The translations under genes were made by a program, and so were the position numbers. A stretch of 64,000 bases of DNA from Sedimentisphaerales bacterium (GTDB taxonomy: Bacteria; Planctomycetota; Phycisphaerae; Sedimentisphaerales; Anaerobacaceae). The stretch is from assembly GCA_963708075.1 (NCBI GenBank), contig OY970194.1, forward strand, positions 2,624,001-2,688,000. The letters run 5' to 3'. Numbering within the stretch: position 1 is the first letter of the stretch; each line of letters begins with the position of its first letter. Positions 41,408-50,673 of the stretch are shown here, one piece after another. The notes under the pieces are model-generated. The model was not told the origin of the DNA. It worked only from the letters and a program-made list of their open reading frames with translations, and made no database searches.

Positions 41408-42061
41408 ATGGGTATTCGCGTAGTGCTTGCCGATGATCATGCGATTGTGCGTCACGGCCTGGGCAGGGCGCTTCAGCAGGAAGACGACATGGAAGTGGTC
41501 GGCCAGGCGGAGGACGGACATACAACTGTGGAGCTGGCAAGAGAGCTCACGCCGGATGTGGTGGTGATGGATATCAGCATGCCGGACCTCAACGGCATCG
41601 AAGCCACCCGGGAAATCCGACGCGAGACGCCCAGCGTCAAGGTCGTTGCTCTTTCGATGCACTCGGCGAAACGGTACGTCACTGAGATGTTCAAGGCCGG
41701 GGCCGTCGGCTATCTTCTCAAGGACTGTGATTTCGATGAGCTGGCCAGGGCCATCCGCACCGTCGCGGAGGGGAAAACCTACGTGAGCCCTTCCATCAGC
41801 AACGTGGTCGTGGAAGACCTGGTGCACGGGGAGGAGAGACTGGAGTCCAACGCGTTCTCCGTCCTGACCCAACGCGAGCGTGAGGTCCTGCAACTCCTGG
41901 CGGAAGGCAAGACTACGAAGCAGATCGCCCTGCGGCTTCACATCAGTCCCAAGACGGTCGAGGCCCATCGACTGCGCGTGATGAACAAGCTCGACATCGA
42001 TAACGTCGCGCAACTGACGAAATACGCCATCCAGGAAGGCCTCACGTCGCCGGAGCCGTGA
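41408..42061 (+). CDS. NarL/LuxR-family response regulator (orphan copy)
   Basis: ADDH, MDISMPDLNG, GYLLK, LTQREREVLQLLAEG, ISPKTVEAHR. Confidence 0.95.
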   Translation: MGIRVVLADDHAIVRHGLGRALQQEDDMEVVGQAEDGHTTVELARELTPDVVVMDISMPDLNGIEATREIRRETPSVKVVALSMHSAKRYVTEMFKAGAVGYLLKDCDFDELARAIRTVAEGKTYVSPSISNVVVEDLVHGEERLESNAFSVLTQREREVLQLLAEGKTTKQIALRLHISPKTVEAHRLRVMNKLDIDNVAQLTKYAIQEGLTSPEP

Positions 42062-42096
42062 CAGCATTCATGCGTCCAAAGTCTGCAATGTAAGCG

Positions 42097-42702
42097 TCAA
42101 AACCGGGCCGCGGGCTCCTTTGGGGTGCTCGGGGTGTCAACAACCTGCACCGTAGTCGCCTGCAGGCCCTTGTCGCCGACCTCCGCCGTGTACCGGACGC
42201 CCATGCCAATCTTCAGACGCTCAAAATGATTGTGCAGAACGCTGTTTCGGTGGAAATAGATCTCATCCTGCGTGTCAACCGTTCTGAGGAATCCGTATCC
42301 CTCCTTCGGAAACAGCTTGTGCACGATCGCCGTGGCCTGCTGTTCGGGATGGGCCTTCACTTCGCCCTGCTGCAGATCGACCAATTTCTGTAATCGCCGC
42401 ACCGCCGTGTTGAAGACGTCCCTGAGAACAACCTCCAGCGGATCATGCATGTCTCCCTCGGTGGACTCCCGTCGCACGACCAGCTCATGTCCGGGAGGAA
42501 TGGTCATATCGATTCGCACACGGTAGGGATTGCCGACACGTTGGTGCTCCTGCCGCTTTTCCACGGCGACGCGGCAACTCGTGATATAGCTGCAGACGCG
42601 TTCCAGCTTGGTCACTTTTGAGCGGATGAGGTTTTCGATTTCAGTGGTATTGACAATGCCCTTGAAGGCAATCTCCAATGGGACCTGCATGATGTTCTCC
42701 AT
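42097..42702 (-). CDS. HPF/RaiA-like domain + cold-shock domain protein
   Basis: MQVPLEIAF..KLER..ITSCRVAVE..YRVRIDMTIPPGHELVV; C-terminal EGYGFL..EIYFHRNSV. Confidence 0.88.
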   Translation of the reverse strand: MENIMQVPLEIAFKGIVNTTEIENLIRSKVTKLERVCSYITSCRVAVEKRQEHQRVGNPYRVRIDMTIPPGHELVVRRESTEGDMHDPLEVVLRDVFNTAVRRLQKLVDLQQGEVKAHPEQQATAIVHKLFPKEGYGFLRTVDTQDEIYFHRNSVLHNHFERLKIGMGVRYTAEVGDKGLQATTVQVVDTPSTPKEPAARF

Positions 42703-42957
42703 CTCACGCGACCCGAAGCTTTCGGCCGCCTATTGCACGCAATCACTACTGTAACGTGGCCTGTTGGCCTGTGGATTAGGAAATCCGCCATGTTCATAGC
42801 AACGATTTGCTTATACGGCAATGCAACCAGGAATCCAGGTGTCTGAGCAATACGACAGGGTCTTTTACGAGTCTCCCCTATTCTCAGGCCGACAGGGAGA
42901 CGGTAAGGTCGGCCATGCATGCTCCCGTTGAGCGGAGCTGCCATTGGAGAAAAGGAC

Positions 42958-43680
42958 ATGCTGCGGAGCGCCAAGAGCCTGCGCGATTACCATATCCGCG
43001 CGACGGATGGGAATATTGGCCGCGTAAACGATTTTCTGTTCGATGGCGAAGGATGGGTGATCCGGTACGCGGTTGTGGACACCAGCGAATGGCTGCCCGG
43101 CAGAAAGGTCCTGCTCATCCCGGATGTCCTCGGTCCGCCCAGCACGGAAGGCGAAATCCTGCCTGTGGCGCTGACCCGGGAGCAGGTGGAGAACAGTCCG
43201 GATATTGACACGGACAAGCCCGTATCCCGTCAGCATGAGGTGGATCTGTTTGAGCACTACGGCTGGTCTCCCTACTGGGGGGCCGGACGCGGCGGGCTGA
43301 CGACACACGTGGCAAGAACGACCCAGACGGTAGAAGCGCCGCCCGGGGACCCCAATCTGAGGAGTATGCGGGAGGTCGCCGGTTATTCCATTCACGCCAC
43401 CGATGGACATATCGGGCACGTGGAGGATTTCATCATTGATGACGAGGAATGGATCGTACGGTACATTGTGGTGGACACGAGGAACTGGCTTCCCGGCAGA
43501 AGAGTGCTCATCTCTCCCGAGTGGGTCAGCCGGATCGATTGGCGAAGCAATGCCGTATCGATCGGCCACTCTAGGGATGAGGTCAGGAAGAGCCCGCACT
43601 ACGATCCGAATCAGCCCGTGAACCGCCAGTATGAGCTCCGCCTTTATGATTACTACGGCCGGCGCAAGTACTGGATGTGA
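42958..43680 (+). CDS. Tandem PRC-barrel protein (copy 2)
   Basis: MLRSAKSLRDYHIRATDGNIG; two PRC repeats; ends YGRRKYWM; paralogue of 29999-30733. Confidence 0.88.
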   Translation: MLRSAKSLRDYHIRATDGNIGRVNDFLFDGEGWVIRYAVVDTSEWLPGRKVLLIPDVLGPPSTEGEILPVALTREQVENSPDIDTDKPVSRQHEVDLFEHYGWSPYWGAGRGGLTTHVARTTQTVEAPPGDPNLRSMREVAGYSIHATDGHIGHVEDFIIDDEEWIVRYIVVDTRNWLPGRRVLISPEWVSRIDWRSNAVSIGHSRDEVRKSPHYDPNQPVNRQYELRLYDYYGRRKYWM

Positions 43681-43738
43681 CGGACGAACCGGTGGGTGAC
43701 CGTTCCCCAGGAGCAGAGGAATGCGGGTCAGTCGTTAG

Positions 43739-43885
43739 GAGATACACGATGACTACAGGCGTGAGCACGACCCGCGAGAGGCGGCGCAGGCCGTCTTCCG
43801 CGTGCTGGAGAGAAGGATGCCTGATGGCGAGATCGAGGATATCAAGAGAATCCTGCCGGAGCCAATCCGCGAGTTATGGCCATGA
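43739..43885 (+). pseudogene. 3' remnant of a DUF2267-like gene
   Basis: EIHDDYRREHDPREAAQAVFRVLERRMPDGEIEDIKRILPEPIRELWP*; in-frame TAG at 43736-43738, no N-terminal part. Confidence 0.7.
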
Positions 43886-44160
43886 GAAGAGTGTGACAGA
43901 GAAGCAGGAGGTTGCCGCTGCAATCTGCTCCAAACGTCGTTCTTTTGTCGTACACCTTTGAATATTCCTCGCAAGGTCAAGTCTTGACGTGAGACGCAAA
44001 ACACGGTAAGCAAGGCCGGTAGTCTTCCGGGTGCCTGCTGCTTTGCCGGCTGTCCGACAGGCTGTGCAGGAATGAGAACGGCTCTGGGCAACCCGGCGCA
44101 GCATGCACCTGTATGGACAGGGTTTGTTTTTGATACGTGAAAGGATTCAGGGATTTGCAC

Positions 44161-45879
44161 ATGACGGATCAGCGGTCAGCGAAGCCTCTACATAGAACGT
44201 CCATCGCCTATTTCTCCATGGAGATCGGTCTTCAGTCGGATATGCCCACCTACAGCGGCGGCTTGGGCATCCTGGCAGGCGATGTCGTCCGCACGGCCGC
44301 CGATATGGAGGTGCCCCTGGTGGCTGTCACGCTCCTGCCTCGCAAGGGTTACCTCGACCAGAAGCTCGATGCCTCCGGCAACCAGATCGAGAGCCCGGAA
44401 TCCTGGAAGATCTCGGATCACCTCCGGCCGCTCGACGCTCGGGTCACGGTAGTCATCGAACAACGAGAGGTTACAATTCGGGCGTGGCGATATGACGCTG
44501 TCGGCATGACCGGTTTCAAGGTCCCCGTGCTCTTCCTGGACACCGACCTGCCCGTGAATGAGAAGAAGGACAGGGAGTTGAGCTATTATCTGTACGGCGG
44601 CGACAGTTACTATCGGCTCTGCCAGGAATACGTGCTGGGCGTGGGTGGCGTGCGAATGCTGCGGACCCTCGGGTACGAGCACATCGACCGTTTTCACATG
44701 AACGAGGGACACGCCGCCTTTCTGGTCCTGCAACTGTTCAACGAGGAGTTGGAGCGAACAGGCGGGAAGAAGATCAAACCCGAGCACATCGAAAGCGTGC
44801 GAAAGAAATGTGTGTTCACGACACATACGCCTGTGTCGGCCGGCCATGACAAGTTTCCTATGGCTCTCGTGCGAAAAGTCATCGGCCCGCACCGAATCTG
44901 GCACATTGAGAGCCAACTCTCCGGCAACAGCGACACACTGAACATGACCTACCTGGCGTTGAATTTCAGCCACTACATCAATGGCGTCTCCAAACAGCAC
45001 GGGAAAGTATCGCAGGAGATGTTCAACTCCTATCGGATCGACGCCATCACCAACGGTGTTCACGCCGCCACGTGGACGGCCCCCCCGTTCCGCAAGCTGC
45101 TCGATCGCTACATCCCCGCCTGGCGAGAGGACAATTTCAGCATCCGGTACGCGCTGAGTATACCACCGGAGGAAATCTGGGAGGCACACGCCAGGTGTAA
45201 GACCAGGCTGATCGGGTATGTGGCAAAAGAGCAGAAGGTGAAGCTCAATCCCAAAGCCTTCACCATTGGCTTCGCGCGGCGAGCCACGGCTTACAAGCGA
45301 GCCGACCTTGTCCTCAGGGACGTAGACCAGCTCAGACGCATCACCTCTAATGCGGGAGCACTCCAGATCATCTTTGCGGGCAAAGCACATCCGAAGGATG
45401 ACCCCGGCAAGAAGCTAATCAAGCACATATTCGAGGCAAAGAAAACACTTGGGTCGCAGGTACGCATCGTCTATCTGCCCAACTATGACATTGATGTCGC
45501 CAAGGTCCTCATTCCCGGCGTGGACCTGTGGCTCAACACGCCTCTGCCCCCTCACGAGGCCTCGGGAACGAGCGGCATGAAGGCTGCCCTGAATGGCGTA
45601 CCCTCCCTGAGTATCCTCGACGGCTGGTGGATCGAGGGCTGTGTCGAGAACCTGACCGGCTGGGCCATCGGCAGCTTGAGAAAAAGGGGCAAGAAAGACA
45701 CTTCCGAGCAAGATGCGGCGGCGATGTACGATAAGCTGGAGAACACGATCATCCCCATGTTCTACAACGACCGCGAGCAATACATTCGCATCATGCTCTT
45801 TGCCCTGGCGCTCAACGGCTCGTTCTTCAACACGCAACGAATGCTCCAGGAGTATCTGTTGAAGGCCTACATGCAGTAG
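44161..45879 (+). CDS. glgP: Alpha-glucan (glycogen/maltodextrin) phosphorylase, short form
   Basis: AYFSMEIG, YSGGLGILAGD, HMNEGHAAF, FTTHTPV.AGHD, GFARRATAYKR, EASGTSGMKAALNG (PLP Lys). Confidence 0.95.
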   Translation: MTDQRSAKPLHRTSIAYFSMEIGLQSDMPTYSGGLGILAGDVVRTAADMEVPLVAVTLLPRKGYLDQKLDASGNQIESPESWKISDHLRPLDARVTVVIEQREVTIRAWRYDAVGMTGFKVPVLFLDTDLPVNEKKDRELSYYLYGGDSYYRLCQEYVLGVGGVRMLRTLGYEHIDRFHMNEGHAAFLVLQLFNEELERTGGKKIKPEHIESVRKKCVFTTHTPVSAGHDKFPMALVRKVIGPHRIWHIESQLSGNSDTLNMTYLALNFSHYINGVSKQHGKVSQEMFNSYRIDAITNGVHAATWTAPPFRKLLDRYIPAWREDNFSIRYALSIPPEEIWEAHARCKTRLIGYVAKEQKVKLNPKAFTIGFARRATAYKRADLVLRDVDQLRRITSNAGALQIIFAGKAHPKDDPGKKLIKHIFEAKKTLGSQVRIVYLPNYDIDVAKVLIPGVDLWLNTPLPPHEASGTSGMKAALNGVPSLSILDGWWIEGCVENLTGWAIGSLRKRGKKDTSEQDAAAMYDKLENTIIPMFYNDREQYIRIMLFALALNGSFFNTQRMLQEYLLKAYMQ

Positions 45880-45900
45880 CCCGTCCTCAAAGGTCGCGAC

Positions 45901-46503
45901 ATGAATGTCTTTTCTGCGGCACTGCTGCTGTTTCTGGTGATCGATCCGATCGGCAATATCCCGGCGTTTCTGTCCATCCTCACCAACGTGCCCGCGGAGA
46001 GGCGCAGAAAGGTCCTCACCCGAGAGCTTCTGATCGCACTGGCGACGCTCATCCTGTTTTTGTTTTTTGGCAAATACATCCTCACGGCCCTGCAGATTTC
46101 GCAAGCCTCGCTCGGGGCGGCGGGCGGCATCATTCTGTTCCTGATTGCCCTGCGGATGATTTTTCCGGGCCCGAAAGGGATCATGGTGGAGGAGGTGGAT
46201 GGGGAGCCCTTCATTGTTCCACTGGCCATACCTTTGATTGCCGGTCCAGCCGCCATGGCCACCCTGATGCTGCTCATGGCCCGCGATCCTGTGGACTGGC
46301 CCCGGTGGCTGGGGGCTCTGCTGCTGGCGTGGAGCGCATCGAGCATCATCCTGCTGTTGGCCAATCAACTGGCGCGGCTGCTGGGCAAAAGGACCATCAC
46401 GGCCATCGAGCGACTGATGGGACTCTTACTCACCGCCGTGGCCGTAGAGATGCTCATCAACGGCATTGAGCAGGCATATCGCACGATCGTGCAGAGCCCT
46501 TGA
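45901..46503 (+). CDS. MarC family membrane protein
   Basis: LFLVIDPIGNIPAF, AGGIILFLIA, VPLAIPLIAGP, ERLMGLLL. Confidence 0.92.
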   Translation: MNVFSAALLLFLVIDPIGNIPAFLSILTNVPAERRRKVLTRELLIALATLILFLFFGKYILTALQISQASLGAAGGIILFLIALRMIFPGPKGIMVEEVDGEPFIVPLAIPLIAGPAAMATLMLLMARDPVDWPRWLGALLLAWSASSIILLLANQLARLLGKRTITAIERLMGLLLTAVAVEMLINGIEQAYRTIVQSP

Positions 46504-46538
46504 TACGCATTGAACGATGAAACGATCTCTGTGGGCGG

Positions 46539-47420
46539 CTATAGATCGTAGTACTCTCTGCACTCTCGCTCGCGGCCTCGGACCACCCGCTCACCCGCCA
46601 GCCTGCCGCGCTCGGCCGTCACGACCGTGCTCTGGCGCTGTTCGCCGCCCCGCTCGTAATAGATCACGACCCAATCATGGGTCTTGCCGCTCCTGTGAGC
46701 CAGCGCGGTATTCGAGAACAGGACTGTGAAGCTCCAGCCTTCGCGTCTGGCTCTCATGATGGGCAGCCACGCCTCCCCTTCCGGGTTGAATCGCTTCGGG
46801 GCGATCTTCCTCAATTGGTCCTTCTCCGCCTTCGTGCGGTACTCCTCATCAAGGTCAAGCAGCAAGTCGACCGATGGCCGCTCTTCCTGCTCGCCTTTCG
46901 GGGTTTCTTCCCTGAAGGCCTCCTGCAACCTGCGACGGGAAGACTGGCTCAGCATGCCTGCCAGGGCCACGCGAACACCTTCCGCCCGGTCGGGACCGAT
47001 CCCCTCCACCTGCTCCAAACGACCGTCGTGTGCCGCCAACTCAAGTTCCTCCAACGTGCTGATCCCCAGTTGTTCATGGATACGCCGCGCCAGCTCATCG
47101 CCTATCCCCGGCACCTCGGTGAAGAACATGCCGGGCCAGATCTCACTTTCGAGCTTCTCTTCCAAGCCGAAATGGCCCGTCGTCGCGATCTCCTTGATGG
47201 ACCCCGCCAACTTCTCCCCGATGCCCGGCAAAGTCCGCAACGCCCTCTCCCCATTCTGCTGCATGAGCTCGATGACGGGCTGATCCAGGTCCCGAACGGT
47301 CTGGGCCGCACTGCGGTAGCTGCGGACCCGGAAAGCATTCTCATCCTCAAGCTCCAGCATGTCCGCCACGTGGTCCAGTCTCTCCGCTATCTCCTCATTA
47401 CTGATCACATCTCGTCTCAC
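46539..47420 (-). CDS. PolX N-terminal (8-kDa/HhH) domain protein with an unrelated C-terminal domain
   Basis: NEEIAERL..ENAFRVRSYRSAA, LPGIGEK, VPGIG, VEGIG; no GSxRR/GDxD nucleotidyltransferase motif, no PHP domain. Confidence 0.8.
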   Translation of the reverse strand: MRRDVISNEEIAERLDHVADMLELEDENAFRVRSYRSAAQTVRDLDQPVIELMQQNGERALRTLPGIGEKLAGSIKEIATTGHFGLEEKLESEIWPGMFFTEVPGIGDELARRIHEQLGISTLEELELAAHDGRLEQVEGIGPDRAEGVRVALAGMLSQSSRRRLQEAFREETPKGEQEERPSVDLLLDLDEEYRTKAEKDQLRKIAPKRFNPEGEAWLPIMRARREGWSFTVLFSNTALAHRSGKTHDWVVIYYERGGEQRQSTVVTAERGRLAGERVVRGRERECREYYDL

Positions 47421-47434
47421 GGCACACCCTCACA

Positions 47435-48250
47435 TCAGGTATATACGGTGTCGACCACTTTCGCCTCGATGCCAATCGTGTCGATTTCCTGCATCTCCTC
47501 GACGGATAGCTCCCATCCGTCGAGGTCGATGTTCTCTTTGAGATGGTTGAGGGAGCCGGCCTTTGGAATGACGACGGCGCCCTTTTGGAGCAGCCATCGC
47601 AGGCTGACCTGGGCGGCCGACTTGCCATGTTGCCGGCCGATTCTCGTAAGGACGGGATCACGCAGGACAGCCCCCTTGGCCAGCGGGCAGTAGGCCGTCA
47701 ATGCGATGTTGTGCTCGCGGCAGAACTCCGGGATCTCCCGCCGGGGCCGGTACGGATGGTATTCCACCTGGTTATTGCAGATGGGGACATCCGAGGCCGC
47801 GATGGCCTCCTGCAGGCGTCCCACGTCGAAATTGCTCACTCCGACGCTCCGGACCACCCGTTGCTGCACAAGGTACTGCATTCCTTCCATTGTGTATTCT
47901 ATGGGGATCGCATCATTGGGCCAGTGGATCAGGTAGAGGTCGAGATAGCCGGTGCCCAGGTGGTCGAGGGACCGTCGGCAGGCGTCAATGAGGTCGTTCG
48001 TGCTGAGGTGCGCGCTGCTGACTTTGGAGGTGATGAACAGGGTGCTTCTGTCGAAGCTCCGAATCGCCTTGCCGATTTCCTCTTCATTGCCATACAGCTC
48101 GGCCGTATCGATCAGCCGGTAACCCAGTTGGACTGCCATGCTGACAATTCGCTCACACGTCGATCCGTTGAGCGTCCAGGTCCCAAGACCGAGAATAGGC
48201 ATGGAGTAGCCGCTTTGCAGTCGGCAGGTCTGGCTCAGCACGCTTTCCAT
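47435..48250 (-). CDS. Aldo/keto reductase
   Basis: LGLGTW, IDTAELYGNE, FITSK, LDLYLIHWP, GVSNF, NQVEYHP, VIPK. Confidence 0.95.
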   Translation of the reverse strand: MESVLSQTCRLQSGYSMPILGLGTWTLNGSTCERIVSMAVQLGYRLIDTAELYGNEEEIGKAIRSFDRSTLFITSKVSSAHLSTNDLIDACRRSLDHLGTGYLDLYLIHWPNDAIPIEYTMEGMQYLVQQRVVRSVGVSNFDVGRLQEAIAASDVPICNNQVEYHPYRPRREIPEFCREHNIALTAYCPLAKGAVLRDPVLTRIGRQHGKSAAQVSLRWLLQKGAVVIPKAGSLNHLKENIDLDGWELSVEEMQEIDTIGIEAKVVDTVYT

Positions 48251-48328
48251 CGGTCGTCTGCTTTCTCAACTGTGGACGTTTCCAGTTACCCCTTCTCACA
48301 TACAACTGCTCACATAACAACTGGACAA

Positions 48329-48343
48329 TAAGGCAATTCCTCA
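48329..48343. promoter_or_regulatory. Regulator box TAAGGC-AAT-TCCTCA
   Basis: Near-match to the island palindrome between divergent AKR and UDG genes. Confidence 0.55.
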
Positions 48344-48420
48344 TACGCCTCTGCGCAACGGCCTATTTCTTCACGCTTGGCGATACGCTATAAGCGAAAG
48401 ATAGACCCGTCCACGCGGGG

Positions 48421-49005
48421 ATGGCATATATGACTAAAGAAGAGCGACAAAAGCGGATGCATCAGCTCGATGAGGGAATCCGCGTGTGCGTGAAATGCCC
48501 GCTGCACAAGAGCCGGACCATCGCCGTTCCGGGCGAAGGGCCTGTGCCCGCCGACGTATTGATTATCGGCGAGGCGCCCGGGGCCAAAGAGGATCGCCAG
48601 GGCCGGCCGTTTGTCGGGCCTTCCGGGATGCTCCTCGAACGGCTGCTGGAGGTGGCCGGACTGACCCGCAACGATGTCTATATCACCTCCTGCGTCAAAT
48701 GCAGGCCCCCGGGCAATCGGACTCCGCGCACGCTCGAGCTGAATACCTGTCAGGAAAACTGGCTGGATCAGCAAATCCCTCTGGTGGATCCCAAGCTCAT
48801 TGTCCTGCTCGGCAAGGTGGCGATTTCCCAGCTTCTTGGAGAGGAGGGAAGCCTGCGGGACCTTCACGGGCAAACCGTCGAACGTGACGGGCGGCTGTAC
48901 CTGATGACGTATCACCCTGCAGCGGCATTCCGGGTTCCGGAAACTAAAGAGATCATGAAACAGGACATGGCCATCCTCAGGGAGCTCCTGGCTGGCGTGT
49001 CATGA
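48421..49005 (+). CDS. Family 4 uracil-DNA glycosylase (4Fe-4S)
   Basis: CVKCPL, IGEAPGAKED..GRPFVG, VKCRPPGNR, C, YHPAA. Confidence 0.93.
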   Translation: MAYMTKEERQKRMHQLDEGIRVCVKCPLHKSRTIAVPGEGPVPADVLIIGEAPGAKEDRQGRPFVGPSGMLLERLLEVAGLTRNDVYITSCVKCRPPGNRTPRTLELNTCQENWLDQQIPLVDPKLIVLLGKVAISQLLGEEGSLRDLHGQTVERDGRLYLMTYHPAAAFRVPETKEIMKQDMAILRELLAGVS

Positions 49006-49017
49006 AAGAAATAGCTC

Positions 49018-49428
49018 TTAGCGCCGTGCCACGGCGGCCTCTTGCCTCAGGTTCTCCATGATCCGCTCAAAGATCACCTCCGATTTGTTTTTGTCGCCGA
49101 AGATCCCCGCGCGGATGGTCAGGATCGTCCGCGATCCCGGCAGCGCCTCCACGTCGATCGTGATGTTCTCGCGCTGGGCGTCTATCGTGGCGACTTCTCC
49201 CGCGATCCCATCCTGGTCGTGCCACATTACCTTGAGATCAAGCTGATCGACGGCGTCGCTGGCCGCACCGAACACCTCGTCGATCGGGTAATCCAGCTTT
49301 GCTTTCAGGACATCCCACGTATATCTTGCCCGGACGTCCGGCCCGGTCTCCATTGACGATCTGCAGCTCTGGCACATCAGGCATACGCCCAGAATGAGTC
49401 CAACAAATGCGATTGTGACCGCTCTCAT
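49018..49428 (-). CDS. DUF3568-like lipoprotein
   Basis: Lipoprotein-like signal ending CQSC; TIRAGIFGDKNKSEVIFERI. Confidence 0.65.
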   Translation of the reverse strand: MRAVTIAFVGLILGVCLMCQSCRSSMETGPDVRARYTWDVLKAKLDYPIDEVFGAASDAVDQLDLKVMWHDQDGIAGEVATIDAQRENITIDVEALPGSRTILTIRAGIFGDKNKSEVIFERIMENLRQEAAVARR

Positions 49429-49479
49429 CCTTGCACCCTTTCAGAACGTATGACTGAATTCCTTTCGGCAGGATGACGT

Positions 49480-49842
49480 TCACTGGGCTCGCTGGATGTC
49501 GATGATCCTGACCAGCGTGCCCCACATACGCACTGAGACCTGCCCTTCAAGCGTCTCGATGCGGGCCTTGACACGCAGCCCATCCTGTTTGAACGCATCG
49601 GGCAGGTTCACCGGATCGAGCTTCTGCCCATCATCCGTGACGATACCGCAGAAGCCCCCTTCCAGATCCATGTACTTCACGGTGCCACTGATCGCTGCCG
49701 GCTGCTCCTCGGTGCCCGCAGGCGTGCCGGCCTGGTCGTCCCGTTGCCTGCTGCTGCACCCCCCTGCCACCATAAGCAGTGTCGTGCCCAGCATTGCCAC
49801 GGCCATTCCCACGATCTGCGCCTTCTTCTTCATGAGATACAT
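49480..49842 (-). CDS. Hypothetical lipoprotein
   Basis: Lipobox AGGC; GTVKYMDLEGGF.GI..DDG..LP..F..DGLRV..MWG. Confidence 0.7.
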   Translation of the reverse strand: MYLMKKKAQIVGMAVAMLGTTLLMVAGGCSSRQRDDQAGTPAGTEEQPAAISGTVKYMDLEGGFCGIVTDDGQKLDPVNLPDAFKQDGLRVKARIETLEGQVSVRMWGTLVRIIDIQRAQ

Positions 49843-49917
49843 TGTCTCATTTATCCGCGCAGCACAGGACGGGGAAATTGCCTATTCCCGCCCGGCGAAC
49901 TGCCTACGTCGTGGGGA

Positions 49918-50040
49918 AGATTCGAAATTCGAATACCGAAATCCGAAACAAGCACAAAATACCAAAATCCCAAATACGAAACGGGCCAAGCCGGCGACGG
50001 CGTTTAGGACTTGTGAATTTTGGATTTGTTTCGGACTTCA
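49918..50040. repeat. Heptamer array (AAATCCG-like) with inverted partner
   Basis: AGATTCG AAATTCG AATACCG AAATCCG AAAC...; AAATCCGAAACAA pairs with TTGTTTCGGACTT near 50026-50038. Confidence 0.8.
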
Positions 50041-50110
50041 AGGCGCAGACCAGCCTTTCGGCAGCAGGTGGTGCTGTGGCAGTAAGCGTGACGTCCGCCA
50101 CGGGTCCGGC

Positions 50111-50320
50111 TTACTCCTTCCCGTGCAGCACGAACGTGACCTTCATGTTCACACGGAACTCGGAGATCTTGCCGTTCTCCAGGCGCACCTCCTGCTCCTG
50201 GACCCAGGCGCCGCGGATATCGTCCAGCGTCTCACTGGCACGTTCAATCCCCTGGCGAACCGCGTCCTCGAAACTCTCCGGGGACGAAGCGCTGACTTCA
50301 ATGACTTTGGCAACGGACAT
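50111..50320 (-). CDS. Dodecin family protein
   Basis: MSVAKVIEVSASSPESFEDAVRQGIERASETL..AWV..FRVNMKVTF; SD GAGGTG. Confidence 0.92.
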   Translation of the reverse strand: MSVAKVIEVSASSPESFEDAVRQGIERASETLDDIRGAWVQEQEVRLENGKISEFRVNMKVTFVLHGKE

Positions 50321-50536
50321 CTCTACACCTCGCTCTCCCGCAATATGCGGCAAAGAAGTTCATCAGTCATGCGGCAGGGATCATCGTGAAAATGAACGCC
50401 ATAATCAGGGCAAATAGGATGTTGACTGCAAACACGCCGCAATCCCCCATTGCGTGAGCTGTATTGACCCGCCATTCTCTGCGGTCAGCTTGTGACACCT
50501 GTATTTCAGCCTACAGGGGGGGCTCGTTCCAGGGAC

Positions 50537-50574
50537 TAAGGAGATTCCTTATTTCGGATAGGTAAACCACCTAT
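50537..50574. promoter_or_regulatory. Tandem palindromes TAAGGA-GAT-TCCTTA and ATAGGT-N5-ACCTAT upstream of cheBR-HK-RR
   Basis: Two perfect palindromes starting 21 bp apart (50537, 50558). Confidence 0.65.
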
Positions 50575-50673
50575 TAGATTGAGTCAGCCTTGCACATGGG
50601 TCCGTTCGTGATAATATGTGGCACATCACGCAGGAGAGGCAGAACGGACCTCATGTGGTTTGGAGCTTTAGGC

